From Acidobacteria bacterium UBA2161 (GTDB lineage Bacteria > Acidobacteriota > Vicinamibacteria > Vicinamibacterales > UBA823), in the NCBI GenBank assembly GCA_002328835.1, contig DCWN01000043.1:81740-145739 (forward strand): a stretch of DNA of 64,000 nucleotides, in the 5' to 3' direction. Every line of letters starts with the position of its first letter. Position 1 is the stretch's first letter. This document shows, piece by piece, positions 27,433-36,165 of the stretch. A program made the translations under genes and the position numbers. The notes under the pieces are model-generated. The model did not search any database. It was not told the DNA's origin and saw only the letters and a list, made by a program, of their open reading frames with translations.

Positions 27433-28406
27433 TGGCGGAGAGAACCTACCTCGAGGCGATCCGGCAGGGCCTGGCCGAGGAGATGGCCAGGGACGAGCGC
27501 GTGTACGCGATCGGCGAGGACATCGGGGCCTATGGCGGTGCGTTCAAAGTGACCGAGGGCCTGCTCGATCGATTTGGGGCCGAACGCGTGATCGACACGC
27601 CGATATCGGAGACCGCGATCATCGGCGCGGCGATTGGCTCGGCCTATGTCGGGATGCGGCCAGTTGCCGAGCTGCAGTTCATCGACTTTGTAGCGTGTTG
27701 CTTCAACATTCTGACGAACTTCGCTGCCAAGAGCCGCTACCGGTGGGGCGCCGGCGTGCCGATGGTCGTGCGCGGGCCGTGCGGCGGCGGCGTCAGTGGC
27801 GGACCGTTTCACTCGGCTAATCCGGAGGCGCACTTTCTCCATACGCCGGGCCTCAAGATCGTCGAGCCCTCGACGGCGTACGATGCGAAGGGGCTGATCA
27901 AGGCCGCGGTTCGCGATGATGATCCCGTGCTCTTCCTCGAGCACAAGTTTCTCTATCGGCGTGTGAAGGACGAGGTGCCCGACGCGGACTACGTGGTGCC
28001 GATCGGCCAGGCCGTGGTGCGCCGGCCCGGCGACGACGTCACGGTCGTGACCTTCGGCGCGATGACCTACACGGCGCTCGAGGCGGCGGAGCAACTCGCC
28101 CAGCGAGACGTGGAGGTCGAGGTCATCGACCTCCGGACGCTCTCACCGCTCGATCATGAGACCGTGCTCAAGTCACTCGCGAAGACGAACAAGATCGTGG
28201 TGTTGCACGAGGCGCAGCGGACCGGCGGAATCGGCGCCGAGATCGCCGCGGCCATCACCGAACGCGGCTTCGAGCATCTCGACGCGCCGCCCGTGCGGCT
28301 GGCGTCACTCGACACACCGGTGCCGTACAATCCCGCCCTGGAGGCGGCGTTCCGTCCGGGCGTCGAGCAGATCGTCGCCGCGGTCGGGCAATTGGTGGAA
28401 TACTGA
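27432..28406 (+). CDS. 2-oxoacid dehydrogenase E1 component, beta subunit
   Basis: TGATG overlap with E1alpha. Transketolase-like pyrimidine-binding and C-terminal domains (DTPISETAIIGAAIG). Confidence 0.9.
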   Translation: MAERTYLEAIRQGLAEEMARDERVYAIGEDIGAYGGAFKVTEGLLDRFGAERVIDTPISETAIIGAAIGSAYVGMRPVAELQFIDFVACCFNILTNFAAKSRYRWGAGVPMVVRGPCGGGVSGGPFHSANPEAHFLHTPGLKIVEPSTAYDAKGLIKAAVRDDDPVLFLEHKFLYRRVKDEVPDADYVVPIGQAVVRRPGDDVTVVTFGAMTYTALEAAEQLAQRDVEVEVIDLRTLSPLDHETVLKSLAKTNKIVVLHEAQRTGGIGAEIAAAITERGFEHLDAPPVRLASLDTPVPYNPALEAAFRPGVEQIVAAVGQLVEY

Positions 28407-28485
28407 GGACTGAAGACTGAAGGATACCCGTGGCGGCCGGCTGCGCGTTCCCCCCGGTCGCGCGGGTCGTCTGAGGACCAGAGGC

Positions 28486-29778
28486 ATGTCAACCGATGTC
28501 GTGATGCCCCAGATGGGCGAATCGATCGCCGAGGGCACCATCGTACGCTGGCTCCGCAAGGTCGGCGATGAGATCGATCGTGACGAACCGCTGTTCGAGA
28601 TCTCGACCGACAAGGTCGATGCCGAGATCCCGTCACCGGCCGCCGGAATCCTCATCGCGATCAAGGTGCAGGAAGGCGAGACGGTGCCGATCAACAGCGT
28701 CGTTGCCGTGATCGGCGAGTCGGACGACGTCGCGAGCGCCGCTCCGCCGGCGGAGGCCGCGCCCGCGACACCCGCGCCGCCGGCCCCGAGTTCGCTCGCC
28801 GCGGCCGATCCCTCGGCGGCTGGTGCCGTCGAGCGCGTCCGCTCGTCGCCGCTCGTTCGTCGCCTTGCGCGCGAGCATGGAGTCGACCTGTCCCAGGTGA
28901 CCGGCTCCGGGTCGGGTGGCCGGGTGACGAAGCAGGACATCCTCGCCCACATCGATCGTCGCCCGGCCAAGGTGTCACCGGCACCGCCGGGCACTGACGC
29001 GCCGCGTCCTCGTGTCGCCCCGGTCGCATCGGTCGACGCTGCACCCGGGGTCTCGGCCGAGGGGACCGCGCCCACGTTCGAGGCGGGCCAGTCGAGCGTG
29101 GCAGTGCCGATGACGGTCATGCGTCAGCGCATCGCCGAGCACATGGTGGCCAGCCGGCGGACGTCGGCCCATGTGCACTCGATCTTCGAGGTCGACTTCA
29201 GCCGGGTCCAGCAGCTCCGCAAGGCGCATGGCGCTCGGTACGACCGGTCCGGCGCGAAACTCACGCTCATGCCGTTCATCGCCAAGGCGGTGATCGACGC
29301 GTTGCGGGCGATGCCGATCGTCAATACGTCGGTGGACGGCGACCGGGTCGTCTACAAGCGCGACATCAATCTGGGTGTGGCGGTGGCGCTCGAGAGTGGA
29401 TTGATCGTTCCGGTCGTCAAGAACGCCGACGAGAAGAACCTGCTCGGCCTCAGCCGTGCCATCGCCGATCTGGCCGGCCGGGCCCGTGCCAGGCAGCTGG
29501 TCCCGGCCGACGTGCAGGACGGCACCTTCACGATCACGAACCCGGGCGGGCTCGGCGCGGTGTTCGGTTTGCCGATCATCAATCAGCCGCAGGTGGCGAT
29601 TCTCGGGGTCGGCTCGCTCGAGAAGCGGCCGGTCGTCGTCAACGACGCCATCGCCATCAGATCGATCGCCTACCTGACCCTCGGATTCGATCACCGCCTG
29701 ATCGACGGCGTGGTCGCGGATCAGTTCATGGGGCACGTCAAACGTGGCCTGGAACAGTTCGAGGAATCGATCGTCTGA
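28486..29778 (+). CDS. dihydrolipoamide acyltransferase (E2) with a single lipoyl domain
   Basis: Lipoyl-lysine context EISTDKVDAEIPSP, subunit-binding domain SPLVRRLAREHGVDL, catalytic LGFDHRLIDG. Confidence 0.9.
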   Translation: MSTDVVMPQMGESIAEGTIVRWLRKVGDEIDRDEPLFEISTDKVDAEIPSPAAGILIAIKVQEGETVPINSVVAVIGESDDVASAAPPAEAAPATPAPPAPSSLAAADPSAAGAVERVRSSPLVRRLAREHGVDLSQVTGSGSGGRVTKQDILAHIDRRPAKVSPAPPGTDAPRPRVAPVASVDAAPGVSAEGTAPTFEAGQSSVAVPMTVMRQRIAEHMVASRRTSAHVHSIFEVDFSRVQQLRKAHGARYDRSGAKLTLMPFIAKAVIDALRAMPIVNTSVDGDRVVYKRDINLGVAVALESGLIVPVVKNADEKNLLGLSRAIADLAGRARARQLVPADVQDGTFTITNPGGLGAVFGLPIINQPQVAILGVGSLEKRPVVVNDAIAIRSIAYLTLGFDHRLIDGVVADQFMGHVKRGLEQFEESIV

Positions 29779-29809
29779 CGGCCGCATTTGGCGCGGCCGG
29801 CTCGACGCC

Positions 29810-30475
29810 ATGAAACCCCTCGATGTCCGCCGGCTCGGCACCGTGGCCTACGGCGACGCAGTCGACCTGCAGCGTGCCTTGGTCGACGATCGCCGCCACG
29901 GGCGGGTCGACGATCTGCTGCTGCTACTCGAGCATCCGCCGGTGATCACGCGCGGTGCAAGCGCGCGCAATCGTCGCGACCACGTCCTGGCCGATCCGGC
30001 CACGCTCGAGGCCGAAGCGATCGACGTGGTCGACACCGGCCGGGGTGGCGACGTGACCTACCATGGCCCTGGCCAGCTCGTCGGATATCCGATCCTCGAT
30101 CTCAAGCCCGACCGATGCGACGTGCACCGGTATGTGCGCGACCTGGAGGAGGTCATGATCCGCGCCGCGGCGGCGTTTGGTGTCGCAGCCGAGCGGGTCG
30201 ACGGCCTCACCGGTGTCTGGGTGGGTGATGCGAAGCTCGGCGCCATCGGCGTCAGGATCTCCCGGTGGATCACCAGTCACGGATTCGCCATCAACGTCGA
30301 TCCCGATCTCTCCGGATTCGGCCACATCGTTCCGTGTGGCATCGGCGACCGTGGCGTCACGTCGCTATCCGCGGCGCTCGGCCGGCCCGTGACCGTTGAT
30401 GCCGCTGGCGATGCCATTGCCAGCAGCTTCGGCGACGTCTTCCAGCGCACCGTCCGCCTCGCCGTACCCGCCTGA
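29810..30475 (+). CDS. lipB: lipoyl(octanoyl) transferase
   Basis: Trimmed to ATG 29810. Motifs seen: RGGDVTYHGPGQLVGYPI, KLGAIGVRISRWITSHGFAINV, VPCGI. Confidence 0.88.
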   Translation: MKPLDVRRLGTVAYGDAVDLQRALVDDRRHGRVDDLLLLLEHPPVITRGASARNRRDHVLADPATLEAEAIDVVDTGRGGDVTYHGPGQLVGYPILDLKPDRCDVHRYVRDLEEVMIRAAAAFGVAAERVDGLTGVWVGDAKLGAIGVRISRWITSHGFAINVDPDLSGFGHIVPCGIGDRGVTSLSAALGRPVTVDAAGDAIASSFGDVFQRTVRLAVPA

Positions 30476-30555
30476 TCGCGCAAACTCGGCCTGCTTCGAG
30501 GCCCGGGAATAAACCTCCGCCGGTCGGGTGTTCTTGGCTAGTGACGGAGGAAATA

Positions 30556-31278
30556 ATGCGTGATGTGGTGGCGGAACGAGCGTTGATCGAACGCTTGCAG
30601 GCCGGCGACGCGGCGGCGGTGGCTGATCTCGAGTCGGCCTATGGCGCCAAGATCTGCCAGCTCGCGTTTCGGTACATGAAGAACCGCGAGGATGCGGAAG
30701 AGGTGACCCAGGACGTCTTGATGAAGGTATTCAAGAAGGTATCGGCCTTCCGAGGCGATGCTGCCCTGACCTCCTGGATCTACCGGATCACGTTCAACAC
30801 GGCGATGTCCCGGCTGCGGAACGCCAAGTTCAGCCGTCCCCTGGAAGTGCTCGAGGACGATCGGTCCTTCTTCAGCGAGTCGGGCGAGCGGGAATCCTAC
30901 AAGCGCGAACCGGCCGACTGGTCGATGCTGGCTGACGATGAGCTGATGCGAAGCGAGCTTCGCCAGCGGCTGGTCGAAGCGCTGGGTGAGCTACCGACGA
31001 TCTACCGGACGCCGGTCCTGCTGCGCGATATCCAGGGGCTGTCGACCCAGGAAGCCAGCGCCGTGCTTCGGGTGAAGACCCAGACGCTCAAGTCGCGCCT
31101 GCACCGCGGTCGGTTGATCCTGCGCGAGAAGCTGGGCGAGTTCGCCGACGGCCTCGGCTTGACTAGGTCGGGGCTTCGCCCCGAACCCCCGCGCGGGTCT
31201 CCGCGGGGACCCCGAGTGCCCCACTCCGATCCGCGCGAGGCGCGCCGTGCGCGCCCTGGTCTCAACGTAGCGAGCTGA
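30556..31278 (+). CDS. ECF-type sigma-70 family RNA polymerase sigma factor with a repeat-derived C-terminal extension
   Basis: GGAGG 7 nt before the ATG at 30556. Region 2 (EDAEEVTQDVLMKVF, SWIYRITFN) and region 4 (LRDIQGLSTQEASAVLRVKTQTLKSRLHRGR). The last roughly 40 codons lie inside repeat B copy 3. Confidence 0.8.
   Translation: MRDVVAERALIERLQAGDAAAVADLESAYGAKICQLAFRYMKNREDAEEVTQDVLMKVFKKVSAFRGDAALTSWIYRITFNTAMSRLRNAKFSRPLEVLEDDRSFFSESGERESYKREPADWSMLADDELMRSELRQRLVEALGELPTIYRTPVLLRDIQGLSTQEASAVLRVKTQTLKSRLHRGRLILREKLGEFADGLGLTRSGLRPEPPRGSPRGPRVPHSDPREARRARPGLNVAS
31168..31263 (-). repeat. Repeat family B, full copy in inverted orientation
   Basis: The reverse complement aligns almost base for base with 8404-8493 (GGCGCGCACGGCGCGCCTCGCG...GGAGTGGGGCACTCGGGGTCCCCGCG...GGGGGTTCGGGGCG.AGCCCCGA). 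Confidence 0.8.
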
Positions 31279-31305
31279 ACTCTGGGCGGAAGGCGCCCTA
31301 TCTGA

Positions 31306-32154
31306 TTATGCCCGCGCGCGGGCGTCGTCGAATTCCACCTGCTCACCTGGGCTGAGGCTGGGCACGACGTGCTCCCGCACGCCGGTCGAGCCCACCTTGA
31401 CCAGCGTCGCAAGCACCGCGGCCGTCGGCCGCTGATCGACTGCGACAAAGCAGCTGAACGTGGGCCGACCCCGGCTGCCCGCGATCGCCTCACAGAGATC
31501 GCTGGCGGCCGACGCCAGTCCGAATGGTCCAGGCGGCCAGAGATGCGGCACCCGCGCTTTGAGCCGTCCGATCGCCTGATCCGAAAGCACGCTGGCCAGC
31601 GGAGCCGTGGCGATGGTCGCGCTGCCCCACGTGACGACGGTCGCGTGCGGCGGCAGACCCAGCACCGAGAGCGTGACGTCGCGCGCGGCGCAGTCGGCTT
31701 CGAGGGCGACGATTGCCCGCACGGCTGAGGCCAGGGCTCGCGGCGCCGACCCGATCAGCCGGCACCGTTCGGCCGCGCCGTCCCGGACCGCCTGCTGCAT
31801 CAACCCACGCTGGCTAGCGCCCGCGCAGACGACGACGGCGTCGCGGTCCTGGTCGAGCAGGCGGCGCAGCCGGGCCAGGCCCACCTCGCCGTTCCATTCC
31901 GCCGGCCGTGGGCCGGCCGCGTCGGCCATCACCACCACGTCGGCCCCGATCGCCATCGCCAGGTCACCGCTGGTGGTCAACCGCGTATCGGAGCGCTCGA
32001 TGGAACACGACTGCCGGATGTCGAGCGCCTTGCCTGCGGCGACGTCGGATGCGTCGTCCACGAGCCGGATCTCGTTGATCCGATCGCGCGCGGCGAGCGT
32101 ATGGGCGATCGTGCCGCCGAGATCGCCCGCTCCGATGATGGCTACACTAGACAT
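31306..32154 (-). CDS. lactate/malate dehydrogenase-family protein, divergent
   Basis: Rossmann start VAIIGAGDLGGTIAH..RLVD and overall LDH/MDH layout, but it is short (282 aa) with non-canonical substrate-binding positions. Confidence 0.6.
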   Translation of the reverse strand: MSSVAIIGAGDLGGTIAHTLAARDRINEIRLVDDASDVAAGKALDIRQSCSIERSDTRLTTSGDLAMAIGADVVVMADAAGPRPAEWNGEVGLARLRRLLDQDRDAVVVCAGASQRGLMQQAVRDGAAERCRLIGSAPRALASAVRAIVALEADCAARDVTLSVLGLPPHATVVTWGSATIATAPLASVLSDQAIGRLKARVPHLWPPGPFGLASAASDLCEAIAGSRGRPTFSCFVAVDQRPTAAVLATLVKVGSTGVREHVVPSLSPGEQVEFDDARARA

Positions 32155-32196
32155 GTGGCGACTGTCGGACAGGGTATTCTATCTGGGGATGGTGAG

Positions 32197-32916
32197 ATGA
32201 CGGACACAGAACAACTGAGCGGGAAGGTCGCCATCGTCACGGGCGGCTCGAGTGGCATCGGTCTGGCGATCGCGTCGACGTTTCACGCACACGGCGCCAG
32301 CGTGATGATCGGCGCGCGGGATGGCGCGCGCGTGGAGCGCGCGCGGAAAGCGCTGGGTGACGAACGCGTCGACGGCGCGCCGCTCGATGTCCGCGACCCG
32401 GCCCAGGTCGAGGCCGTCGTGGCGCGCGCGGTCGAGCGGTTCGGCGGGCTGGACATCCTGATCAACAACGCCGGGGTGGGCGGATTCGAGAAAATCGCCG
32501 ATCAGTCGCTGGACGAGTGGCGCGGCATCATCGATACGAACCTGTCGGGCGTGTTCTACTGCTGCCGGGCGGCGATTCCGCATCTGCGCGAGCACGGCGG
32601 CGGGTTCATCGTCAACATCAGCAGCCTCGCTGGCAAGAACGCGTTCAAGGGTGGCGGGGCCTACTGCGCCTCCAAGGCCGCGCTCAATATGTTCAGTGAG
32701 GTGCTGATGCAGGAGGTCCGACACGACGATATTCGGGTCAGCTACGTGATGCCGGGCTCGGTGACCACGGCCTTCGACGGAGGCCGAGCCAGTGCGGGTG
32801 CTGACTGGAAGATGACCGCGGAGGACGTCGCCGAGGTCGTGCTGGACGTCGTGTCCATCAACCGGCGCACGCTGGCCAGCCGCGTGGAGATGCGGCCGTC
32901 GAAACCGAACAAGTGA
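32197..32916 (+). CDS. short-chain dehydrogenase/reductase (SDR)
   Basis: Trimmed to ATG 32197. Motifs seen: TGGSSGIGLAIA, NNAG, YCASKAA (YxxxK). Confidence 0.88.
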   Translation: MTDTEQLSGKVAIVTGGSSGIGLAIASTFHAHGASVMIGARDGARVERARKALGDERVDGAPLDVRDPAQVEAVVARAVERFGGLDILINNAGVGGFEKIADQSLDEWRGIIDTNLSGVFYCCRAAIPHLREHGGGFIVNISSLAGKNAFKGGGAYCASKAALNMFSEVLMQEVRHDDIRVSYVMPGSVTTAFDGGRASAGADWKMTAEDVAEVVLDVVSINRRTLASRVEMRPSKPNK

Positions 32917-32943
32917 CCTGCCTGGACGCGTGATCTCCGCCCC

Positions 32944-33933
32944 ATGACCGACAGCCTCGGACACTACGCGCTTCTCGAGCACGTTGGCACCGGCGGCCTG
33001 GGCGAGCTGTACCGTGCGCGCGACACGCAGCACGGCCGGACGACGGCCGTCAAGGTCGTCCGTCCCGCCCTGGTTCGGGATCCCGCCGCCCGGGGTGAGT
33101 TTCTCCAGCGGACCGCGCTACTGCGCGAGCTTTCCCACCCGAACATCGCCAGCGTGTACGACGTCGGCGACGACTCGGGCAAGGTGTTCCTGGCCGTCGA
33201 GTGGGTCAAGGGAGAGCCCCTCAAGTCGCTGGTGACCGGCCATCCGCTCAAGGTTCGGCGTGCGGTCGACTTCGGTGCCGAGCTCGCCAACGCGCTGGCG
33301 GATGCGCACGCGCGCGACCACTTGCACGGCGACGTCACCGCCGATACGGTGGTCATCACACCGACCGAGCACGCGAAACTTCTCGACTACGGCCTCGCCG
33401 AATGGACCACGGGCGGCGCCGCCCGCCGGCGCGCCGCGGCGAAATCGAGTGATACGGACGAGGCCACCCTGCGCGCCGCGGCCTACGTTGCGCCGGAACA
33501 GGTCGGTCGCGGTAGCGGCGCCACCGTCGCGGCGGAGCTGTTCTCGCTGGGTGTCGTGCTTTACGAGATGTTGACCGGTCGGCTGCCGTTCGTGGCCGAC
33601 TCGGTGGCGGGCGTGCTCGAGCTGGCGGCCGCGTCACGACTGACGCCACCGAGCCAGGTCAACACCAGGGTTCCGGCCGATCTCGACCGCATCATCACCC
33701 AGGCCCTGGCCTCAGACCCCGAGGTCCGCTACCAGAGTGCCGCGTCGTTGGCGGCCGAGCTGAGAAGCGTCGCGGTGATCCTCGACATCCGCGAGGGCGA
33801 CCGCGAGCCGCCGACCGCCCTGCGCCGGCCGCGGCGTCGGCCCCGGCGCCGATCTCGATGGCCATTCGCGGTCGCGGCGATCGTCGCCGCGGCCGCCGCC
33901 GGGGTGTTCTGGCGCGGCTGCCCGCCCTTCTAA
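32944..33933 (+). CDS. Hanks-type Ser/Thr protein kinase homologue with a degenerate catalytic loop (probable pseudokinase), C-terminal TM anchor
   Basis: GTGGLG, AVKVV, DYG and APE are present, but the catalytic loop reads HLHGDVTADT instead of HRDxKxxN. C-terminal TM segment WPFAVAAIVAAAAAGVFW. Confidence 0.75.
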   Translation: MTDSLGHYALLEHVGTGGLGELYRARDTQHGRTTAVKVVRPALVRDPAARGEFLQRTALLRELSHPNIASVYDVGDDSGKVFLAVEWVKGEPLKSLVTGHPLKVRRAVDFGAELANALADAHARDHLHGDVTADTVVITPTEHAKLLDYGLAEWTTGGAARRRAAAKSSDTDEATLRAAAYVAPEQVGRGSGATVAAELFSLGVVLYEMLTGRLPFVADSVAGVLELAAASRLTPPSQVNTRVPADLDRIITQALASDPEVRYQSAASLAAELRSVAVILDIREGDREPPTALRRPRRRPRRRSRWPFAVAAIVAAAAAGVFWRGCPPF

Positions 33934-34059
33934 CCAGGACTCACCTGGGTTGGTCTGGCACCGGGCTGGGCGGCGAGGGTAAGGCGCGACGAGGGAGCTT
34001 GGTGGGCCCAAGTGACCGAGGAGCAACGCCGGCCTCGCCGTCCAGAACATGCCAGACCC

Positions 34060-35028
34060 TCACGCCTCCGCGAGGATGCCCTGCAAGCGGTCGAAGTCGA
34101 TGTTCGCGCCCGACACGAGCGCCACGGTCGGATCGGGGCCGGGCTCGACGCGTCGTTCGAGCAGCGCGGCCACGGCCGCGATTCCCGCGCCCTCGGCAAT
34201 CAGATGTTCGTGGGCGATCAGCCCACGGATGCCACGCCTGAGCGCCGCTTCGCTGACCAGCACCGTCGCGTCGACACGGTCTCGAACGATCGCGAAGGTC
34301 ATCGCGTCGGCGTCGAGGTTGCCGCTCAACCCGTCGGCGATCGTGTCGCCCACCGTGATCTCCGTGATCCGTCCAGCCGCGAGGCTCGTCTGAAACGGAT
34401 GCGATGCCTCGACCTCGACGCCGACGATCCGGACGGTCGGCGCCAACGCCTTGACCGCGATCGCGATGCCGCTCACGAGCCCACCGCCGCCCACCGGCAC
34501 AAGAATCTGTCTGGCCTCGGGCGCGTCCTCGACGAGTTCCAGGCCGATCGTGCCCGCCCCGGCGATGACATCGGCGTCGTTGTAGGGCGAGATGAACGTG
34601 GCGCCGGTCTCTCGCGCGAACGCCTTGGCTAGCCGCTCGGCGTCGTCGTAGGCTGGCGCCCTGTCCTCGAGGTCGGCGCCGTGGCGGCGGATCGCGTCGC
34701 GCTTCGTCCGCGGCGCCTCACGCGAAGTGAAGACCGTCAAGGCCACGCCGAGCTGCTCGGCGGCCCACGCCATGGCGCGCCCGTGGTTGCCCGCCGACAC
34801 GGTGACGACGCGCGGCGCCGGGCCCTGAGTTCGCTCCAGTAGGCCGCCGATCGCGTTCAATGCCCCGCGCAGCTTGAAGGAACTGGTCGTCTGGAGTGAC
34901 TCGGCCTTCAGAAGAATCTGTCCGCCGGTCGCGTCCGAGAGCCACGGCGACGGACCCAGCGGCGTTCGCCGGACGTGGTCGGCGATGCGCGTGCGCGCCG
35001 CCTTGATGTCGTCGAGGGTGATCGACAT
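34060..35028 (-). CDS. threonine ammonia-lyase (threonine/serine dehydratase, short form without ACT domains)
   Basis: SFKLRGA PLP-lysine motif, GNHG, and a glycine-rich GGGGLVSG loop. Confidence 0.85.
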   Translation of the reverse strand: MSITLDDIKAARTRIADHVRRTPLGPSPWLSDATGGQILLKAESLQTTSSFKLRGALNAIGGLLERTQGPAPRVVTVSAGNHGRAMAWAAEQLGVALTVFTSREAPRTKRDAIRRHGADLEDRAPAYDDAERLAKAFARETGATFISPYNDADVIAGAGTIGLELVEDAPEARQILVPVGGGGLVSGIAIAVKALAPTVRIVGVEVEASHPFQTSLAAGRITEITVGDTIADGLSGNLDADAMTFAIVRDRVDATVLVSEAALRRGIRGLIAHEHLIAEGAGIAAVAALLERRVEPGPDPTVALVSGANIDFDRLQGILAEA

Positions 35029-35075
35029 GATGGTGGCGCGATTCTATACTCTCGGGGCGCCGCACGAGACGAGCC

Positions 35076-35723
35076 ATGCTGCTTGAGAGCCGAGCCGTCG
35101 GGCCGTTCTTCAAGAACGGATTTGTCCTCGGATGCGAGACCACGCGCGAGGGCGTGATCATCGATCCGGGTGATGAGGTGGAGGAGTTGCTGGCGATCGT
35201 CGAGCGCGACAAGCTGACGATCCGCTACATCTTGCTGACCCACGGCCACGTCGACCACGTGACCGGCGTGGCCGGTGCGAAGGCGGCCCTCGGCGCGCCG
35301 GTCTGCCTGCACCGGGACGACCTGTTCCTGTATGAAGAGGCGGTGCGGCAGGGCGCGATGTTCGGTCTCGAGGTCGAGCCGCCGCCGCCGATCGATCACT
35401 ACTACGACGGCCCAGGGCCGTGGCGCTTCGGCGAATACGAGGCCGTCGTGCACCACACGCCCGGCCATTGCCCGGGCGGTGTCTGTCTGCAGGTGGGGAA
35501 GTCCGGCACCGCGGGCCGGATGCTGTTCGTGGGCGATACGCTCTTCGCCGGCTCGATTGGCCGCACCGATCTGCCCGGCGGCGACCACGCGTTGCTGCTC
35601 AGGTCGATAAGGGAGGTGCTACTGCCGTTCGGCGACGAGGCCGAGGTCTATCCCGGCCACGGACCGAAAACGACGATCGGCCAGGAACGCCGGACGAACC
35701 CGTTTCTGGTGGGAGCGATCTGA
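35076..35723 (+). CDS. MBL-fold metallo-hydrolase (glyoxalase II-like)
   Basis: Motifs seen: THGHVDH, HTPGH, GDTLFAGSIGRTD. Confidence 0.85.
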   Translation: MLLESRAVGPFFKNGFVLGCETTREGVIIDPGDEVEELLAIVERDKLTIRYILLTHGHVDHVTGVAGAKAALGAPVCLHRDDLFLYEEAVRQGAMFGLEVEPPPPIDHYYDGPGPWRFGEYEAVVHHTPGHCPGGVCLQVGKSGTAGRMLFVGDTLFAGSIGRTDLPGGDHALLLRSIREVLLPFGDEAEVYPGHGPKTTIGQERRTNPFLVGAI

Positions 35724-35846
35724 CCGAACGCCGGGCGCGGCGCGCCGACGGCACTGGCGCCTGGCAGTCGTCGTTCAGCCGAGGGGCCGTCGACGTGCTG
35801 TGGAACTCGCTGGCGACCGCATGCCGGTGCTCGGCCCCAGCGACTC

Positions 35847-36152
35847 CTAGCCTTCCGCTTGCTCCTCGGCCACGGTCAGTTCCACGCGGCCGATGCGCAG
35901 CTTATCGCCCGCGGCCAGCACCTTGCGCTTCACCTGCTGGCCGTTGACGAAGGTGCCGTTCGTGCTGTCGAGGTCCTCGACCTCGAGGCGGCCGTCGGTG
36001 TTGATGATCCGGCAGTGCAGCCGAGAGACCAGTCCGCGGTCGAGGGTGAAGTCGGCTGTCTGGGCGCGGCCGAACGTCTTCATCCCACCGGGCAGCAGCC
36101 GAAACGTCAGCGTCTCGTCGTCGTCCGTCTCGACGGTGCGCAGCACCCACAT
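35847..36152 (-). CDS. small standalone FHA-domain protein
   Basis: GR..TADFTL...VSRLHCRI....LEVEDLDSTNGTFVNG is the FHA core. It starts 13 nt after the pntB stop on the same strand. Confidence 0.85.
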   Translation of the reverse strand: MWVLRTVETDDDETLTFRLLPGGMKTFGRAQTADFTLDRGLVSRLHCRIINTDGRLEVEDLDSTNGTFVNGQQVKRKVLAAGDKLRIGRVELTVAEEQAEG

Positions 36153-36165
36153 TGGTTCGCGCGCC

